A stretch of 48,721 bases of DNA from an uncultured Deferribacteres bacterium (GTDB taxonomy: Bacteria > Zhuqueibacterota > Zhuqueibacteria > Zhuqueibacterales > Geothermadaptataceae), in assembly GCA_964014485.1 (NCBI GenBank), contig CAXHAT010000036.1:1-48721 (forward strand), in the 5' to 3' direction. Position numbers and translations under genes: made by a program. This document shows positions 46,595-48,721 of the stretch, in pieces. The notes beneath the pieces were generated by a model. The model saw only the letters and a program-made list of their open reading frames with translations, was not told the origin of the DNA and did not search any database. Positions within the stretch are counted from its first letter, which is position 1; each line of letters starts with the position of its first letter.

Positions 46595-48040
46595 TTAACG
46601 CCAACGCCATTTTGCCCCTTCTGGCGAATCTTCAACGATAACGCCGGCTTCCGTCAAAACGTTTCGAATCCGATCCGCGACATCGAATTGTTTTTCTTTA
46701 CGCATCTCCTGCCGCAAGCCAAGTATCGCCTGCATCGCTTCATCAACGCGAGCGTTGTCCGCGTCCGATTGCCCCTGATCAATGATTCCCCAAAATTCGT
46801 TGTAGTCTTCGATATTCCTGCGCGCTAAATCAAGCAAATGAAAATCAGCTTTTGATTCGAGGCCGGAGTCAATGAATTTGTTCGTTTCACGCAGCAGATC
46901 GAAAAACTTGCCCAGCGCCGCGGAAGTGTTGAAATCGTCGTCCATCGCGGCAACGAGTTCTTCATGGAGTTTCTGAACAGTTTGATGATAGTTTTCCTGA
47001 GCACCGTTCAGCGAATCGACGTCCAAATCGCCGGAAACGTCAGCGCCTTCCAGAGTCGCCAGAATTTTCTTGTAAGTACCCGCGATGCGCCCGCTCGAAG
47101 CGACGGCGGCTTGCAACGGCTCATCGGAAAAATCAATCGGGCTGCGGTAATGCTTTTGCAGGTAGAAGATTCGAATCGCCGCCGCCGGAAACTGTTCCAA
47201 GATCGCCCGTGCAGTCAGAAAATTGCCCAGAGATTTCGACATTTTCACGCCGCTCAAATCGAGAAAACCGTTGTGCATCCAATAATTTGCGAACGGCTTG
47301 CCCGTAGCGCCTTCGCTCTGCGCGATCTCATTCTCGTGATGCGGGAAAATCAAGTCCTGTCCGCCGGCGTGAATATCAAACGTTTCGCCAAGATATTTCA
47401 TCGACATGCACGAGCATTCCAAATGCCAACCAGGGCGACCTTTGCCCCAAGGGCTCTCCCACCACGGCTCGCCGGGCTTTGCCGCTTTCCACAAGGTAAA
47501 ATCAACTGCGTCTTGTTTTCGCTCGTCTATGGCCACGCGCTCGCCCGCGCGCAGGTCTTCGAGTTTTTTGCCGGAAAGCTTGGTGTACTCCGGGAATTTC
47601 TTCACGCTAAAATAAACGTCGCCGCCGCTTTCGTAGGCGACGCCGTTGTCGATAAGTCGCTGGATCAGCGCAACCATGTCTTCGATGTGATCGGTTGCAC
47701 GCGGATAAAAATCCGCCGGACGCACGCCGAGTTTCTGTAAATCTTCAAAAAACGCCGCCGAGAATTTCTGCGCCACCTCACGGCTTTCAACGCCCAATTC
47801 ATTGGCGCGATTGATGATTTTGTCGTCGATGTCGGTCAAATTCATCGCGAAGCGCACGTTGTAACCGCGATAAATCATGTAACGCCGAATCACGTCAAAA
47901 ACGATGAACGGCCGCGCGTTGCCGATGTGGAAATAATCGTACACCGTCGGGCCACAAACGTAAAACCCGACGCGGTCTTCCCGCACCGGTTTAAATTCTT
48001 CCTTCCTGCGCGTCAACGTATTATAAATGTGTATCGCCAT
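46595..48040 (-). CDS. cysS: cysteinyl-tRNA synthetase
   Basis: YVCGPTVY..HIGN, GRPGWHLEC, DIHAGG.DL.FPHHENE, KMSKS. Confidence 0.99.
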   Translation of the reverse strand: MAIHIYNTLTRRKEEFKPVREDRVGFYVCGPTVYDYFHIGNARPFIVFDVIRRYMIYRGYNVRFAMNLTDIDDKIINRANELGVESREVAQKFSAAFFEDLQKLGVRPADFYPRATDHIEDMVALIQRLIDNGVAYESGGDVYFSVKKFPEYTKLSGKKLEDLRAGERVAIDERKQDAVDFTLWKAAKPGEPWWESPWGKGRPGWHLECSCMSMKYLGETFDIHAGGQDLIFPHHENEIAQSEGATGKPFANYWMHNGFLDLSGVKMSKSLGNFLTARAILEQFPAAAIRIFYLQKHYRSPIDFSDEPLQAAVASSGRIAGTYKKILATLEGADVSGDLDVDSLNGAQENYHQTVQKLHEELVAAMDDDFNTSAALGKFFDLLRETNKFIDSGLESKADFHLLDLARRNIEDYNEFWGIIDQGQSDADNARVDEAMQAILGLRQEMRKEKQFDVADRIRNVLTEAGVIVEDSPEGAKWRWR

Positions 48041-48065
48041 GATTTTCTCTCAGGTTTTGCTTAAA

Positions 48066-48100
48066 CGCAGAGTGCGCTGAGACGCAGAGCTATCGCAGAG
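48066..48100 (+). repeat. four spaced copies of the heptamer CGC(A/T)GAG
   Basis: cgcagag at 48066, cgctgag at 48075, cgcagag at 48083, cgcagag at 48094. Confidence 0.7.
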
Positions 48101-48188
48101 TTTTGTTGAGTTTTCTCAACGTTTCAGCACACCCAGTAGAATTTTTATGTTTCAGACATACAATGTCATTTGACTTTGCTCCAAGCCT

Positions 48189-48284
48189 ACGCCAAAGGCG
48201 TTACACCCCACAACCCAGGGTTTGCCGACGCGTCGGCAAACCCTGGGAACTCGCAAGCAGAAACTCTAAACCCGGAACGGGTTT
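48189..48284. repeat. REP-like palindrome cassette downstream of the transposase
   Basis: Hairpin ACGCC-AAA-GGCGT (48189-48201), 34-bp perfect palindrome (48214-48247), hairpin AAACCCG-GAA-CGGGTTT (48268-48284). Confidence 0.8.
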
Positions 48285-48315
48285 TACAAAACAGCGCCCA
48301 TACGTTTACAAACCG

Positions 48316-48675
48316 TCAATCCCATACATAACGCTCGTCGATCTCGACCCCATATTTCCTGCACAATTTCCGAAACTCATCCTGAAACGACTCATGCCGA
48401 TGATGCTCTTCTTGCCCGGCGATATATTTTTTAACTGCATCAACATGCGATGGACTGAGTGAAAAAGCGCCATAACCACTCTGCCAATAAAAGGATGCCA
48501 GCGCGCGGTCCTGCTCCTTAACCCATTTGGATGACTCGCGTTTAATTTCGGCGATGAAGTTCGCGACGGCCATGTTCTTTGAGAATCTTACCAACAAATG
48601 CACATGATCTTCAACCCCGCCAACCAATAACGATGGACATTTCAGGTTTTTGCAAATCCCTGACAAGTACGCGTG
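48316..48675 (-). mobile_element. tnpA: HUH Y1 transposase, IS200/IS605 TnpA or RAYT-like; 5' end missing at the contig edge
   Basis: GGVEDHVHLL (HUH), K..SSKW, F.WQ.GY..FS, catalytic YIAGQ, QEEHH tail. Confidence 0.9.
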
Positions 48676-48721
48676 CTGTCTCTTATACACATCTGACGCT
48701 GCCGACGAGCTTCTTGGTGTA
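48676..48721 (+). other. Illumina Nextera adapter read-through (artefact)
   Basis: Tn5 mosaic end CTGTCTCTTATACACATCT + GACGCTGCCGACGA + 8-nt index GCTTCTTG + GTGTA. Confidence 0.98.

Noticed and set aside
48063..48284. CRISPR array
   Set aside because: No identical 23-47 nt repeats with unique spacers, and no cas genes.
48103..48462. Plus-strand 119-aa ORF
   Set aside because: It runs through the palindrome cassette and antisense to tnpA, so it is probably spurious.
48676..48694. Natural Tn5/IS50 transposon end
   Set aside because: It is the synthetic mosaic end followed by Illumina adapter and index sequence.

Overview
Core-genome contig from a diderm FCB-superphylum bacterium. It carries FCB signature inserts in GlyA and RpoC but uses GGAGG Shine-Dalgarno sites and TTGACA-type promoters, so it is probably not Bacteroidia; a KSB1/Calditrichota-like lineage is an inference. 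All credible genes are on the minus strand. In transcription order: a partial stand-alone HUH (IS200/RAYT-like) transposase with a downstream palindrome cassette; cysS; five tRNAs; an uninterrupted ~31 kb superoperon (secE-nusG-rplKAJL-rpoBC-rpsLG-fusA-tuf-S10-spc-adk-map-infA-rpmJ-rpsMK-rpoA-rplQ) with no rpsD; a metallophosphoesterase-hutI-lipoprotein-beta-barrel-TPR lipoprotein cluster; glyA-nrdR-tatC-dcd; RNase E/G-rplU-rpmA; mdh; gatC-pyrG. The best candidates for new biology are the coupled lipoprotein plus FadL-like barrel pair (resembling Bacteroidota BAM subunits BamH/BamG), a structured 229-nt spacer with a terminator-like hairpin inside the tRNA cluster, the transposase-palindrome module, and loss of rpsD from the alpha operon. 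The last 46 nt are an Illumina Nextera adapter, not genome. No searches or folding programs were run; family calls come from recognised motifs.
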